A DNA stretch of 49,810 nt from an uncultured Candidatus Saccharibacteria bacterium (GCA_964555255.1 CAZKRG010000002.1:6866-56675); one strand, 5' to 3'; positions 14,868 through 24,917 are shown, counted from the stretch's first letter. The notes: generated by a model not told the origin, from the letters alone. A program made the numbers and translations.

Positions 14868-15601
14868 GAGTCGATAATATAATTGATCAAACTTTTCAAT
14901 GTATCCGCAAGGTCCCGACTTTGAATGTACAGAGAGAAGATGTTGTTTTTCAAAGAATTTACTTTTATTTCATTTCCGTAGATATCTATGTCGCAGGAAA
15001 TTGGATATTTTATTTCATCGATTCTAATTCTCTCGAAATTAGGTTTTTCCGGTAAATCTCCACCCGCACGAGTGTATACTGAACGGCTTTTTGTTTTGGT
15101 TTCAATTCTTTTTCTCTCCAATTCTTTCACTTCTGATGAAGTGAAAAAATGGTCGTAGAGATCCCTGGAATAAATACTAAATTTGAATTGTTCTCTTTTA
15201 CTTTCCGAGTACTTTTCTTTATAGGAAACGATTACTGCATCTCTTCCCTCTAAAAATTTCACCACCGGTTTCGTGCCGCTTTCTTTTTGAATACTCTTGA
15301 ATTGCGGCACCATATCTTTTAAAAGATTGGTTTTTTCGGTAAGCGTAAGCTGCTTTTGAGCAATAAACGTTTCAAGCCGTTCTGGGGGCGCAGCCTGAAA
15401 ACGGTTTTTCTTTCCTACCCTTCCTTCGCTCACTAATCCTTTCGCTTCGAGCGACTTCAGCGCCACATACACCGTGGCGCGCTTAATGTTTGTTTTCCTT
15501 GAAAGCTCGAGTGGGGAAGAATAATCCGACTGCAATAAAGCAATATAGATTACCGCTTCTTTGTCGCTCAAACCTATGTCTTGGAGATACTTTTCGAGCA
15601 T
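14855..15601 (-). CDS. TrmB-family transcriptional regulator
   Basis: The N-terminal winged HTH (LQDIGLSDKEAVIYIALLQSDYSSPLELSRKTNIKRATVYVALKSLEAKGLV) is typical of TrmB; 248 aa. Confidence 0.8.
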   Translation of the reverse strand: MLEKYLQDIGLSDKEAVIYIALLQSDYSSPLELSRKTNIKRATVYVALKSLEAKGLVSEGRVGKKNRFQAAPPERLETFIAQKQLTLTEKTNLLKDMVPQFKSIQKESGTKPVVKFLEGRDAVIVSYKEKYSESKREQFKFSIYSRDLYDHFFTSSEVKELERKRIETKTKSRSVYTRAGGDLPEKPNFERIRIDEIKYPISCDIDIYGNEIKVNSLKNNIFSLYIQSRDLADTLKSLINYIIDSKKK

Positions 15602-15743
15602 GAATTCATATTACAAAATCCTCGCGCCACCGGCAAACTTTCTGGATTCCCGTTTTCACGGGAGTGACGTTAACTTGAATCCTTAAATCCTCCACCCCGC
15701 CTTTGGCGGGACACCTCCTTTAGGAAAAGAGGAATTACAAGTT

Positions 15744-16052
15744 TTACGCTCTGGATTTTTGTTCTAGTCGGCGGACGCGCACCTCGAGCGCATCGAACCG
15801 GTCTCTCCAGTCCGAGCCGAGCGAGGAGATATGAAGCTTCATATCATTAAAACGTTCATCAACCGCCTTAAAACGATCATCAACGATCTTGAAGCGTTCG
15901 AGCATCTCTTTGCGGAGGCCCCCTACTTGCGTTATAAGCTCTTCCCTCGTTGCTACCTCTTCTTTCGTCGCGGTTTTCTCAAAACCATTTGCCACCATTC
16001 GCGCAAGTTTTTCGAGAGACATCTTTTCTTTTTTCTTTCTCGTCTTTGGCAT
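15744..16052 (-). CDS. small coiled-coil protein (hypothetical)
   Basis: Starts at ATG 16052 (MPKTRKKKEK...); the longer GTG start is at 16082. Heptad-like and charged (EMLERFKIVDDRFKAVDERFNDMKLHI). Confidence 0.45.
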   Translation of the reverse strand: MPKTRKKKEKMSLEKLARMVANGFEKTATKEEVATREELITQVGGLRKEMLERFKIVDDRFKAVDERFNDMKLHISSLGSDWRDRFDALEVRVRRLEQKSRA

Positions 16053-16144
16053 GTGTGGGTAGTTTATATCTCGCGGTACCACTCGTCAATGAAAATCCCT
16101 CCCTCCGACTATAATTGGAGTATTCCCTTTAGAAAAGGGGGAAT

Positions 16145-17515
16145 TTATACAAGCTCGAAACTCTCGCCTTGCTTTGGCACCACGGTGGGAATTGCAAACT
16201 CGTCTTTCACTTTTTGGGCAAGCACTGCGCTCGAATCTTCTTCTCCCTGCACCACAAAAAGCTTCTTTAAGGAACTGCGGAGCGGGCGGAGCCAGTTCAA
16301 AAGCTGCGGCTGATCGGCATGCGCGGAGTATCCCGGGATTACCACTTTGCGGCAACGGACGGGCACGCGCTCGCCTAAAATAGTTACCTCCTTTGCGCCG
16401 TCCAAAATCTCTCTCCCTAACGAGCCTTTTGCTTGGAATCCCACGAAGAGAATCGTACTCTTCGGGTCGGGAAGGTAGCGGAGTTCGTGGTGAAGGATAC
16501 GACCGCCGTGCGACATTCCCGAGCCCGCGAGGATTACTTTGGGCGGCAGCACATTATTAATTTCTTTCGATTGTTCAGGCGTGAGGGTAAGGTGGAGATC
16601 TTTGAAATTTAAAATATCTCCTCCGCGCATCGCCTCTCTCGTTTCCTTGTTGAAATAATCCTCATATTTCTTGTAGACCGCAGTGAGCTTAATCGCTAAG
16701 GGGCTGTCGATAAACACTGGGGCGCGAGGAATCCGATGTTCCCTGAAAAGCTCATGGAGATGAAAAAGGAGCTCTTGCGTACGCTCCATTGCGAACGAAG
16801 GAATCATGAGCGTGCCTCCTTTCCCAATTGTTTCCTCAATCACGTCTTCGAGCGCCTCCTTCCGCGTATCCACATTCTCGTGTGTGCGGTCGCCGTATGC
16901 AGATTCAATCAAGGCATAATCCGCGTGTGAAATCGTTTCAATTGGTTGGATAAGAGGTTCTGGGGAGTTTCCGAGATCCCCCGAGAACACCACCGACTTC
17001 CCTTCGACTTCTATGAGGATGGAGGCCGAGCCGAGAATGTGCCCCGCGTTGTAGAAAGTTGCACGAAAGTTTCCAATCGAGAGCGACGTGTGATACGGCA
17101 CTCCTTCCCACAGTTTCATTACTGCCTCCACGTCGTCCAAGGTGTAGAGCGGCGGTCTTTTTTCCCGCTCGGCTTCTTTACTTAAGAGATGCTCGGAGTC
17201 AGCTAGGAGTAATTCCGCAAAATCTTTTGTGGGCGGCGTCGAATAAATTTTGCCTTGAAAGCCATTCTTCCAGAGCTTTGGTACACACCCAATATGATCA
17301 AGGTGCGCATGGGTAATACACACCGCATCAATCGTTTTCGGATTATATGGAAAGGGCTCAAAATTCTCCCTCTCGGCATAGTGGTTTCCTTGGTGAAGAC
17401 CACAGTCTATTAGAATCCGAGTGAGGGGTTTAGGGTCTGAGATTCTATTCTTAATTTCCAGGAGATAATTTGCCCCCGTGACTGCCCTTGCGCCGCCATA
17501 GAAGATAAGTCGCAT
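16145..17515 (-). CDS. MBL-fold beta-CASP RNA-metabolising hydrolase
   Basis: Carries the HAHLDHIG motif and begins MRLIFYGGARAVTGANY, as beta-CASP enzymes do. Beta-CASP-like C-terminal motifs are present. The longer start at 17572 adds a hydrophobic leader. Confidence 0.85.
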   Translation of the reverse strand: MRLIFYGGARAVTGANYLLEIKNRISDPKPLTRILIDCGLHQGNHYAERENFEPFPYNPKTIDAVCITHAHLDHIGCVPKLWKNGFQGKIYSTPPTKDFAELLLADSEHLLSKEAEREKRPPLYTLDDVEAVMKLWEGVPYHTSLSIGNFRATFYNAGHILGSASILIEVEGKSVVFSGDLGNSPEPLIQPIETISHADYALIESAYGDRTHENVDTRKEALEDVIEETIGKGGTLMIPSFAMERTQELLFHLHELFREHRIPRAPVFIDSPLAIKLTAVYKKYEDYFNKETREAMRGGDILNFKDLHLTLTPEQSKEINNVLPPKVILAGSGMSHGGRILHHELRYLPDPKSTILFVGFQAKGSLGREILDGAKEVTILGERVPVRCRKVVIPGYSAHADQPQLLNWLRPLRSSLKKLFVVQGEEDSSAVLAQKVKDEFAIPTVVPKQGESFELV

Positions 17516-17606
17516 AAAAGAAAATATTAAAAACAAAAAAAGAGGAGAATGTGAGTATTTCGCTTCGAGCAAAACTCAATAATTTTTATTTTTTCTCTTT
17601 GCATTT

Positions 17607-18917
17607 TTATTTTCGGAGCGCTTGCAGTTCCTCCTTCACCACCATACGATCGTCCCACGGCAGCTTTTCATTTTTTACAATCATTGATTGCTCGGCGCCC
17701 TTCCCGGTGATAAGCACTACGTCTCCCTTTTTTGCCAGCGAGAGCGCCTTCCGAATTCCTTCCCGCCGGTCTTCAATGCAGAAAAGATTTTCCTCCCGCA
17801 TTTTTCCTGCCGCTTCGGCGGCTTTCGCGATATCTTCGATAATTTCTTTGGGATCGTCATCATAAGGGTCTACGTTCGAGACTACTATATAATCTGCCAA
17901 ATTCCCTGCAACCTCCCCCATCGCTGGCCGCTTTCTTTTATCCCTCCCTCCCCCCTCAGCCCCTAAGAGTACAATGAGCTTATCCCGCTTCCCGATATAT
18001 GTTCTTCCTGTACGAAGAAGCTTTTCCATACTCATTTTTTCATGCGCGTAATCCACTATCACTCCAAATTTTTGGCCCTCGTCTATTATTTCCATTCGTC
18101 CCGGCACTCGTTTTAGCGACGCTAATCCCGTAGCGATTGTCTCGGGAGGGAATTCCATTATTTCTCCCAGCACAACTGCGGGGAGCGCATTTTCCACATT
18201 AAATTCCCCCAAGAGATTCAGTTCGTAGGATACTCCTCTTATCCGGAATGTCACTTTACCGCCTCCAGATTTTATTTCTTCCGCTCTGTAGTCTGATCCT
18301 GACGTTAGACCGAAGGTTATCACCCTGTCTGAAGGGAATTTTTTGAAAAACAGAGCACTCTCGATATCTTGATTTACTATCGCAAGACGATCAACTTCTT
18401 CGCCTTCAATCACTTTCCTCGGATGATGCGTGAGAGAGCAAAACAGTTTCCCTTTGGCAGCTCGATAGGTCTCAAAATTTCCATGGGCCTCGATGTGCTC
18501 TGGAAAAAGGTTCGTAAGGACTGCTATGTCGTACCAAATTCCAATATGCCGCCACTGGGCAAGACCTTCCGAAGTCGTCTCTATCACACAATGTGTACAT
18601 CCCTCTTCCTTCATGACCCGAAGGAGATTCTCGAGTACAAAGGGGCCTGGCATGGTCATGTGATAGGGATTGAGCATCTGTTTATCCCCCATACGGATTA
18701 TAGCGGTGCTTACAAGTCCTGTCCTTTTCCCTCCAGCAGTGAACACCGCCCAAATGTAATTTGCGGTGGTGGTTTTCCCCTTCGTACCCGTCACTCCAAC
18801 TATCACCATCCCACGGGAAGGAAACTTATTCCAAGCGGCGGCGTAATATGCTTTGATACAATGATATGCAGAAAGTGCCCAGCGGGGGAGTAATTTTTTG
18901 AACTTGGACTTCATCAT
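17607..18917 (-). CDS. Mur ligase family protein (MurE-like, short N-terminus)
   Basis: P-loop VGVTGTKGKTTT near residue 45 and a C-terminal ITGKGAEQ. The region aligning to the E. coli MurE DDNPR reads NVDPY. Confidence 0.75.
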   Translation of the reverse strand: MMKSKFKKLLPRWALSAYHCIKAYYAAAWNKFPSRGMVIVGVTGTKGKTTTANYIWAVFTAGGKRTGLVSTAIIRMGDKQMLNPYHMTMPGPFVLENLLRVMKEEGCTHCVIETTSEGLAQWRHIGIWYDIAVLTNLFPEHIEAHGNFETYRAAKGKLFCSLTHHPRKVIEGEEVDRLAIVNQDIESALFFKKFPSDRVITFGLTSGSDYRAEEIKSGGGKVTFRIRGVSYELNLLGEFNVENALPAVVLGEIMEFPPETIATGLASLKRVPGRMEIIDEGQKFGVIVDYAHEKMSMEKLLRTGRTYIGKRDKLIVLLGAEGGGRDKRKRPAMGEVAGNLADYIVVSNVDPYDDDPKEIIEDIAKAAEAAGKMREENLFCIEDRREGIRKALSLAKKGDVVLITGKGAEQSMIVKNEKLPWDDRMVVKEELQALRK

Positions 18918-19192
18918 AAAAATAAAAGTTTCATCAGCTTAAACATTTTTAGATACTGATATTTTTCTGCTGGAAAATACTTCCTTTTCCCACTCGTACT
19001 TCGCCATAGCTCCGGCGAGGTGAGCCGCCGCAGTCCGTATGGTCCAAAAATGTTCTTACTGGTATTTCATATATTTCATATCTCATTCATTACACTCCTC
19101 AATTTCCAATTGCCTTTCCAGTTACATAATACCAAAATCTATTGATTCCTACGTCGTAGAAAAGACTGTGCATAAGAAGGTTTCCTCCGAGT

Positions 19193-19777
19193 TTATGATG
19201 TCTTTCCTCCTAATATCTTTAGAGATTCCCTGAGCCGGACGGTAAGATCTTCGGAAAGAATTTTAGTTTTTTCTATTGCCGCGCGCGCTTCTTCTCGACG
19301 ATATCCCAATCCCACCAATGTTTCCTCGAGATCCGCGTTTGCGTCCATTCTTCGCACCATCGCATAGGAACCATGTGCTTTCACTTTAGTTTTTAAGTCT
19401 ACAATGAGCCGCTCGGCAGTCTTTCTCCCTACACCCGAGGCGCGCGTAAGGAGGTCTGGACGACCTTCAGTAATCGCGGCTTCAATATCTTTGAGTGGCG
19501 CCACATCCATTATCGCGAGGGCAGACTTGGGACCCACGCCGGAAACTGAATTCAAGAGTTTAAAAAAGAAAAGTTCTTCTTCAGTGAGAAACCCATATAA
19601 CTCTAGCGCATCCTCGCGGATATGGAGATGTACGAAGAGCTTCACTCCTGATCCTACTCTCGGCAATTCTTTCGCGATCCTTTCCGACGTACCTATTTCG
19701 AATCCTATCCCGCCGACATTCATCACCGCGGAGCGGTCGGATTTAGAGGTAAGTGTGCCTTCAAGGGTGTGGAGCAT
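19193..19777 (-). CDS. ruvA: Holliday junction DNA helicase subunit RuvA
   Basis: 194 aa with MLHTLEGTL...VGGIGFEI and HhH motifs (SVSGVGPKSALAI, ASGVGRKTAERL). Confidence 0.9.
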   Translation of the reverse strand: MLHTLEGTLTSKSDRSAVMNVGGIGFEIGTSERIAKELPRVGSGVKLFVHLHIREDALELYGFLTEEELFFFKLLNSVSGVGPKSALAIMDVAPLKDIEAAITEGRPDLLTRASGVGRKTAERLIVDLKTKVKAHGSYAMVRRMDANADLEETLVGLGYRREEARAAIEKTKILSEDLTVRLRESLKILGGKTS

Positions 19778-19886
19778 AGCTTTAAGGTTTAAGCTTTGAG
19801 CTTATAGTAGCACTCTCAACAAGGATTTGACCACTTCCCTATTCTGCGATATTCTTAATCCCACTTAAAGCTATAACCTTAAAGCT
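19778..19886. repeat. 20-nt-arm inverted repeat in the ruvA/rpsT divergent spacer
   Basis: AGCTTTAAGGTTTAAGCTTT (19778-19797) pairs with AAAGCTATAACCTTAAAGCT (19867-19886): 12 bp, 2 mismatches, then 6 bp. Confidence 0.8.
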
Positions 19887-19899
19887 AAAAGCTATCCAA

Positions 19900-20184
19900 A
19901 TGCCCATCACTTCTTCCGCTAAAAAAGCTTTACGCCAAAGCGCCCGTCGGCACATGCGCAATGTTTCCCGTCGGAAAACTTCTAAGAGCGCGGTGAAAGA
20001 AGTCCGTAAACTGCTCGCAAGCAAGAAAATGGATGAAGCCAAGGTGGCACTTCCAAAGGCTTTCCAGGCGCTCGACAAAGCAGCAAAAACCGGAGCTATC
20101 AAGAAGAACACTGCAAGCCGGCTCAAATCGAGACTATCATTGAAATTTACTCCGCCTACTCCGCGAACGCCCTCGAGCACCTAA
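19900..20184 (+). CDS. rpsT: 30S ribosomal protein S20
   Basis: MPITSSAKKALRQSARRHMRNVSRR... is a typical S20; 94 aa. Confidence 0.9.
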   Translation: MPITSSAKKALRQSARRHMRNVSRRKTSKSAVKEVRKLLASKKMDEAKVALPKAFQALDKAAKTGAIKKNTASRLKSRLSLKFTPPTPRTPSST

Positions 20185-20216
20185 GGCGGTAACTTTTGCT
20201 TTATTGAATCCAACAC

Positions 20217-20248
20217 CGCCCTCGGCGCACCCGAGGGCGTTTTATTTC
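20217..20248 (+). terminator. rho-independent terminator
   Basis: CGCCCTCGG-CGCAC-CCGAGGGCG followed by TTTTATTTC, downstream of rpsT. Confidence 0.8.
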
Positions 20249-20360
20249 TATTCTCTGACGGAAGGAGGGTTTCAACCGCAAAAGAATTTCCGCCAGAGAG
20301 TAGCATACAAACTTTCTGGGAAACAACAAGCACATTAACAGTAAAAGAAAGGACTGAATA

Positions 20361-20795
20361 ATGGACACTACAGACATCCCTTCAGAAAAAGTGCGTTGGA
20401 TATTAGAACAAATTCTCGAGATTGTTGGAGATACTATGAGAGGACTCATAGATTGTTTTCCGGACGGCCATCTCTCTATTCACTCTGTCCGTCGAGTACT
20501 CACTGAAGATGTGAGACCCAAACTCGGCATGCTCTCCGAGGAAACTCTTCAGCGTATCGGCTCATATGGACTGGGACTGGGAAACGATGGATGTTGGGAA
20601 TTCGGTGTAGATGAGCTCCTCGAACAAACAACACTTGAAGAAGCTGGACTTATGCTCAAAGCTGGCATGTCGGGCAACGAATTTCTCCGAGAGATGGCTT
20701 TCACGACGATTGTCGCGATTACCTGGGATATCTTGAACCAAGAAAAATACAGGGGAGAGGAGAATCGAAGGCGGCACTCATACGCACTTATATAA
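20361..20795 (+). CDS. hypothetical protein (144 aa)
   Basis: ATG-initiated ORF followed by a terminator. No recognisable motif. Confidence 0.45.
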   Translation: MDTTDIPSEKVRWILEQILEIVGDTMRGLIDCFPDGHLSIHSVRRVLTEDVRPKLGMLSEETLQRIGSYGLGLGNDGCWEFGVDELLEQTTLEEAGLMLKAGMSGNEFLREMAFTTIVAITWDILNQEKYRGEENRRRHSYALI

Positions 20796-20804
20796 TCAAC
20801 CATC

Positions 20805-20831
20805 AAAACCTTGGCACGAGGCCAAGGTTTT
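20805..20831 (+). terminator. rho-independent terminator
   Basis: AAAACCTTGGC-ACGAG-GCCAAGGTTTT. The TTG start of the longer ORF call at 20811 lies inside this hairpin. Confidence 0.65.
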
Positions 20832-20864
20832 GACATTAAAGAAAGACACTGCGAAGATAGAACT

Positions 20865-21203
20865 ATGCTAAAGCCGCAAGCAAATTATGAGTCTTTTGCT
20901 GCTCTCGATATACGTGTGGGAAAGATAATTAAAGTGGAAGATTCCGCCACAAAAAAACCTACATACCGACTCACGGTTGATTTCGGGCAGGATGTCGGAG
21001 TAAAAATTTCCTGTGGCGCATACCGGAATTACAAAAAAGAAGATCTCGTCGGGAAATTGGTTATTGGAGTTGTTAATTTCGGCGACAAAAAGATGGGGCC
21101 AGAAATTTCACAAGTATTGATTCTTGGAGTTCCAAATTCTGTTGGAGAAACTATCTACTTAATGCCACAATCAGAAGTTTCTTTGGGAGGGCAAGTATTT
21201 TGA
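20865..21203 (+). CDS. tRNA-binding domain protein (CsaA/Trbp111-like)
   Basis: Starts at ATG 20865. LDIRVGKIIKVEDS...YRLTVDFG...LVGKLVIGVVNFGDKKMGPEISQVLILG matches the CsaA/EMAP OB-fold pattern. Confidence 0.8.
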   Translation: MLKPQANYESFAALDIRVGKIIKVEDSATKKPTYRLTVDFGQDVGVKISCGAYRNYKKEDLVGKLVIGVVNFGDKKMGPEISQVLILGVPNSVGETIYLMPQSEVSLGGQVF

Positions 21204-21206
21204 GGT

Positions 21207-22019
21207 TTATGATAATGCCAAATCCGTAAGCGCTTCTTCATAGTCTAATTTCCCAGATTTGATCGCCACGTCGTACGCGGCGAAGCGGGGAATTGCACCA
21301 GGGACCATTGCGGAGAGAATGTTAAATATTTTGGCCGCCGGGTCACGCGTGAGGAAGAGCACTTCGAGGGCAGCAAGTCGCGCTTTGCGATCTCCGTATC
21401 CAAATTGGCGGGCAAGGCCGAAGAATTCCGGCTGGATTTCGATGTCGAGTGATTCAAGATCTTTCCGTTCTATTGTTTTTTTACCGAGGAGGGAACAACG
21501 GTCGAGCTCGGTTACGAGTCTCCAACTGTCTCCGGCGTAGGCCTGTGCTAAAAACTGTAGCGCTTGCGACTCCAGAACTATTCCTCGCGCGTCGGCTTCG
21601 GTGGCAATGAACTTTGCCCACGCTGCGCCCTCAAGGGCATCAAACTCTTTGGCGAGTACCGGTTTTTTCTTTAAGAACGCGAAATTTTTGACTAGAGCAT
21701 CGTGTTCCGAAATAACTACCGTGACGGTCTTTACATCTTTAACTGACTCCAACCATTCTTTGAATTCCTTTTCGGGGGCTTCCCACGCAGATTCAATTAC
21801 CGCAAGTCGATGAGAATCAAAGAGGCCTACGTTCCGCGAAAATTCCTTGAGTGCATTTATCAAGCTATCAGCCTCCGTCCCATGAACCTTCGGCGAGACA
21901 AAGTCAAATACCTTCACTCCTAAAGGAGAATGCTTCGCGACAAACTTTTCTACAATTGCACGCTTCTCTTTCGTGCGGCGGTAGTCATCCTGCCCATACA
22001 AACAAACGATCATACCCAC
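21207..22019 (-). CDS. holA: DNA polymerase III delta subunit-like
   Basis: 270 aa. The N-terminus MIVCLYGQDDYRRTKEK and the overall helical C-terminal half resemble short HolA proteins. Assignment is by eye only. Confidence 0.55.
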   Translation of the reverse strand: MGMIVCLYGQDDYRRTKEKRAIVEKFVAKHSPLGVKVFDFVSPKVHGTEADSLINALKEFSRNVGLFDSHRLAVIESAWEAPEKEFKEWLESVKDVKTVTVVISEHDALVKNFAFLKKKPVLAKEFDALEGAAWAKFIATEADARGIVLESQALQFLAQAYAGDSWRLVTELDRCSLLGKKTIERKDLESLDIEIQPEFFGLARQFGYGDRKARLAALEVLFLTRDPAAKIFNILSAMVPGAIPRFAAYDVAIKSGKLDYEEALTDLALS

Positions 22020-22132
22020 AGTCTACGAAATTACGAGAAAATATGAAAGTACAAAACTGTTCTCACTTCAGGTCTTATGACATCTAAAACATTATCTGAA
22101 TTTCGGGACATCGCAAGATATGAACTATAACA

Positions 22133-23773
22133 TCATTTTTTGAGCGCTGCCTTGATGAACTCTCTAAACAGAGGATGAGGGTGAAGCGGCCTACTCTTAA
22201 ACTCCGGGTGGAACTGCGTTCCCAAGAAGAACGGATGTTTCTCTCGAGGGAGCTCGGCGATCTCCATGAGGCGGCGGTCGGGAGAGACTCCGGAGAACAC
22301 CAACCCCATCTTCTCAAGCTTCTCAATATATTTCGGGTTTACTTCATAACGATGACGGTGGCGCTCCGCAATGCGTGGCACACCATACGCTTCGCGGGCG
22401 ATCGTGCCTTGCTTAAGCGAGGCAGGATAGGCACCGAGTCGCATCGTGCCCCCATAATTTTTAGCCGCTACATTCGCACGTTGTTCAGTCATGAAATCAA
22501 TCACTGGGTACGGCGTTTTTGGGTTGATCTCTGTCGTGTTTGCATCCTTCAGACCTGCAGCATTCCGCGCAAACTCGATGGTCGCAAGCTGCATCCCATA
22601 ACAGAGACCTAGGAACGGGATCTTTTTCTCGCGCGCATATTGGATCGCTCGAATAATTCCTTCCACCCCTCTCTTTCCAAACCCTCCCGGCACTACAATG
22701 CCTTTTACCTCGTTCAATTCTTTTGCCAATGCAGGATTCTTTTCATATTTTTCGGAATCAATCCACACCATCTTCGATTTTCGGCCGAGACTCCACGCAG
22801 CGTGATTCACTGACTCAATCACTGAAATATAGGTGTCTTTGACTGATTTAAAGTTCAAATATTTCCCGACTACTCCTATCACTATTTCCTTGTCCGTTCG
22901 CTTAATCTTTTGAGCAAGCGCCATCCAATCCCGCAAATCTTTCGACTTAGGTTTTAATCCCATCGTTTGGAGGAGCGTGTCGCTCAATTTCTCTTTTTCA
23001 AAATTTACCGGCACATCATAGATCGAGTACACGTCTGGCGCGGAGATAATTCGTTCCACGGGGATACTACACACATTGCTGATGGTCCGTTTGATATCTG
23101 GCGTGGCGGGGCGTTCTGCGCGACAAATTACAAAATCAGGATTCAATCCCACTGAGTGGAGGTCGTTTACCGCCCGTTGGGTGGGTTTGGATTTTTGCTC
23201 GCCTAAGAGCCTTGGTGTCGGTAAATAACTTACGAGCACCACGAAGACGTCTGCGGGGTTCTTGGACTTCATCATCCGCGTGGCCTCCAGGAAAGGGAAA
23301 AGCTGGTACTCTCCCACTGTACCGCCATATTCTATGACGGTGATTTCTGCGTTATTTTTCTTCTGACAGGCTTCAATGCGTCGAATTATTTCCTTGGGGA
23401 TGTCCGGATACACTTCCACGTCTTCGCCGTGATACTCCAAATTCCGCTCCCGCCGAATGACCTCTTGGTACACTTGGCCAGTCGTGATGTAGTTCTCTCG
23501 AGTAGAGAGCTGATCCGTGAACCGCTCGTAATTTCCCAAATCCTGATCCGCCTCGATACCATCTTCTCCCACAAACACTTCGCCGTGCTCCGCGGGACGG
23601 ATCGTGCCCGCGTCCACGTTCACATACATATCCGCTTTGAGATTCGCTACGCGATATCCGCGAGCCTGGAGAATTTTTCCGATAGAAGCGGCGGCAACTC
23701 CTTTTCCTACGGAGGACATTACGCCTCCCACCACAAAAATATACTTCCTTTGCTTTCCCTCGGGCGACGCCAT
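22133..23773 (-). CDS. pyrG: CTP synthase
   Basis: From ATG 23773 the protein reads MASPEGKQRKYIFVVGGVMSSVGKG. The glutaminase domain carries GLCYGMQ and HRHRYE. Confidence 0.95.
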   Translation of the reverse strand: MASPEGKQRKYIFVVGGVMSSVGKGVAAASIGKILQARGYRVANLKADMYVNVDAGTIRPAEHGEVFVGEDGIEADQDLGNYERFTDQLSTRENYITTGQVYQEVIRRERNLEYHGEDVEVYPDIPKEIIRRIEACQKKNNAEITVIEYGGTVGEYQLFPFLEATRMMKSKNPADVFVVLVSYLPTPRLLGEQKSKPTQRAVNDLHSVGLNPDFVICRAERPATPDIKRTISNVCSIPVERIISAPDVYSIYDVPVNFEKEKLSDTLLQTMGLKPKSKDLRDWMALAQKIKRTDKEIVIGVVGKYLNFKSVKDTYISVIESVNHAAWSLGRKSKMVWIDSEKYEKNPALAKELNEVKGIVVPGGFGKRGVEGIIRAIQYAREKKIPFLGLCYGMQLATIEFARNAAGLKDANTTEINPKTPYPVIDFMTEQRANVAAKNYGGTMRLGAYPASLKQGTIAREAYGVPRIAERHRHRYEVNPKYIEKLEKMGLVFSGVSPDRRLMEIAELPREKHPFFLGTQFHPEFKSRPLHPHPLFREFIKAALKK

Positions 23774-23868
23774 AATGCCTCTATTGTGCGCGAAATCGCC
23801 GAGAATGCAAGTTTTGCCTTTTTTGTGTGTTATGAGTAGAGTATCCTGCACCAGCATCGAAAGGAATT

Positions 23869-24792
23869 ATGAAAGAAAAGAAAGTTGTAGCTCTTTGGTA
23901 TACCCCGATTAAGGGGACAAAAGGAACGTGGCTACGAGAACCCGGAAAAGGACTCTTTGTGGGCAAGCGCGGAATCTACCACGATAGGATGTGGCTTGTC
24001 GTCGAGAACGGCATGTTTGTGGCTCAACGCAAAGGGAGTCCTTCATACACTCCCCGCATCGTCGATAAAGCAATCAGACCATTGGGCCTTGGTATTGAGG
24101 TGCGAACTATGTGCCAAGTCGCACCACGAGTCGAAGGCAAGGAGCTGATCATCTCCGCTCCACATATGTCCGATCTTCACCTTCCTGTCTATGGTATAGA
24201 GGGTGGCGAGGAGACATTGGTTGCGGTGTGGCGCGATCACAAACTTGCCGCTATTGATCAGGGGGCAAGAGCACAGACTTGGTTCACTAAGTTTCTCTCG
24301 CGTGAGCGGCCCGGCAAGTATCGACTCGTGCGGATGGCGGAAGATTGCATACGGCAGAGTAAGACGGGCGGGGCGATTATGGGATTTCATGATGGGCTCC
24401 CTTTTATGATGATCTCCCAAATGTCGCTTAACCTCCTCAATGAGAAACTTTCTCTTAAAGGAGAGGAGCCAGTCCCACCCGACCAGTTTCGTCCTAATAT
24501 TTGGATTGAGGGATGTGAAGCACATGAAGAAGACCACCTCGCACTCCTCCAAATTGGCGAGGTTCGATTGAAAGGAAGGACGCTTTGCGACCGTTGCGTG
24601 GTTACCTGCACTAATCAGGAAACTGGAGAGCGCGGCAGAGAACCCCTTGCAACACTTGCTACCTACCGTCGCGGAATCCATATTGGCGTCACTGAAAAAC
24701 CCAACGCGGTGTTTTTCGGGAGGAACTTCACTCATTTGAACACGGGGGTAATCTCCGTAGGGGACACGGTCCACGTTCTCAAAAGGGACTAA
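23869..24792 (+). CDS. MOSC domain protein (YcbX-like)
   Basis: N-terminal MOSC_N beta-barrel (LWYTPIKGTKG...DRMWLVV) and a MOSC core (FRPNIWIEG...CDRCVVTCTNQETG...EPLATLATYR). Confidence 0.85.
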   Translation: MKEKKVVALWYTPIKGTKGTWLREPGKGLFVGKRGIYHDRMWLVVENGMFVAQRKGSPSYTPRIVDKAIRPLGLGIEVRTMCQVAPRVEGKELIISAPHMSDLHLPVYGIEGGEETLVAVWRDHKLAAIDQGARAQTWFTKFLSRERPGKYRLVRMAEDCIRQSKTGGAIMGFHDGLPFMMISQMSLNLLNEKLSLKGEEPVPPDQFRPNIWIEGCEAHEEDHLALLQIGEVRLKGRTLCDRCVVTCTNQETGERGREPLATLATYRRGIHIGVTEKPNAVFFGRNFTHLNTGVISVGDTVHVLKRD

Positions 24793-24807
24793 TAATAAAA
24801 ACGCGAA

Positions 24808-24834
24808 AGGGCGACCCTCAAGGTCGCTCTTTTT
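24808..24834 (+). terminator. rho-independent terminator
   Basis: AGGGCGACC-CTCAA-GGTCGCTCT followed by TTTT, downstream of the MOSC gene. Confidence 0.75.
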
Positions 24835-24872
24835 GCTTGCTTGCACTCTCTATCTCCCTACAACCTAAACTT

Positions 24873-24906
24873 GCACCAAATAAATGCGATCGCATTTATT
24901 TGGTGC
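24873..24906. repeat. 34-nt perfect palindrome
   Basis: GCACCAAATAAATGCGA|TCGCATTTATTTGGTGC. It lies 11 nt beyond the stop of the PaaX-like gene. Confidence 0.95.
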
Positions 24907-24917
24907 ACTAAACATAC

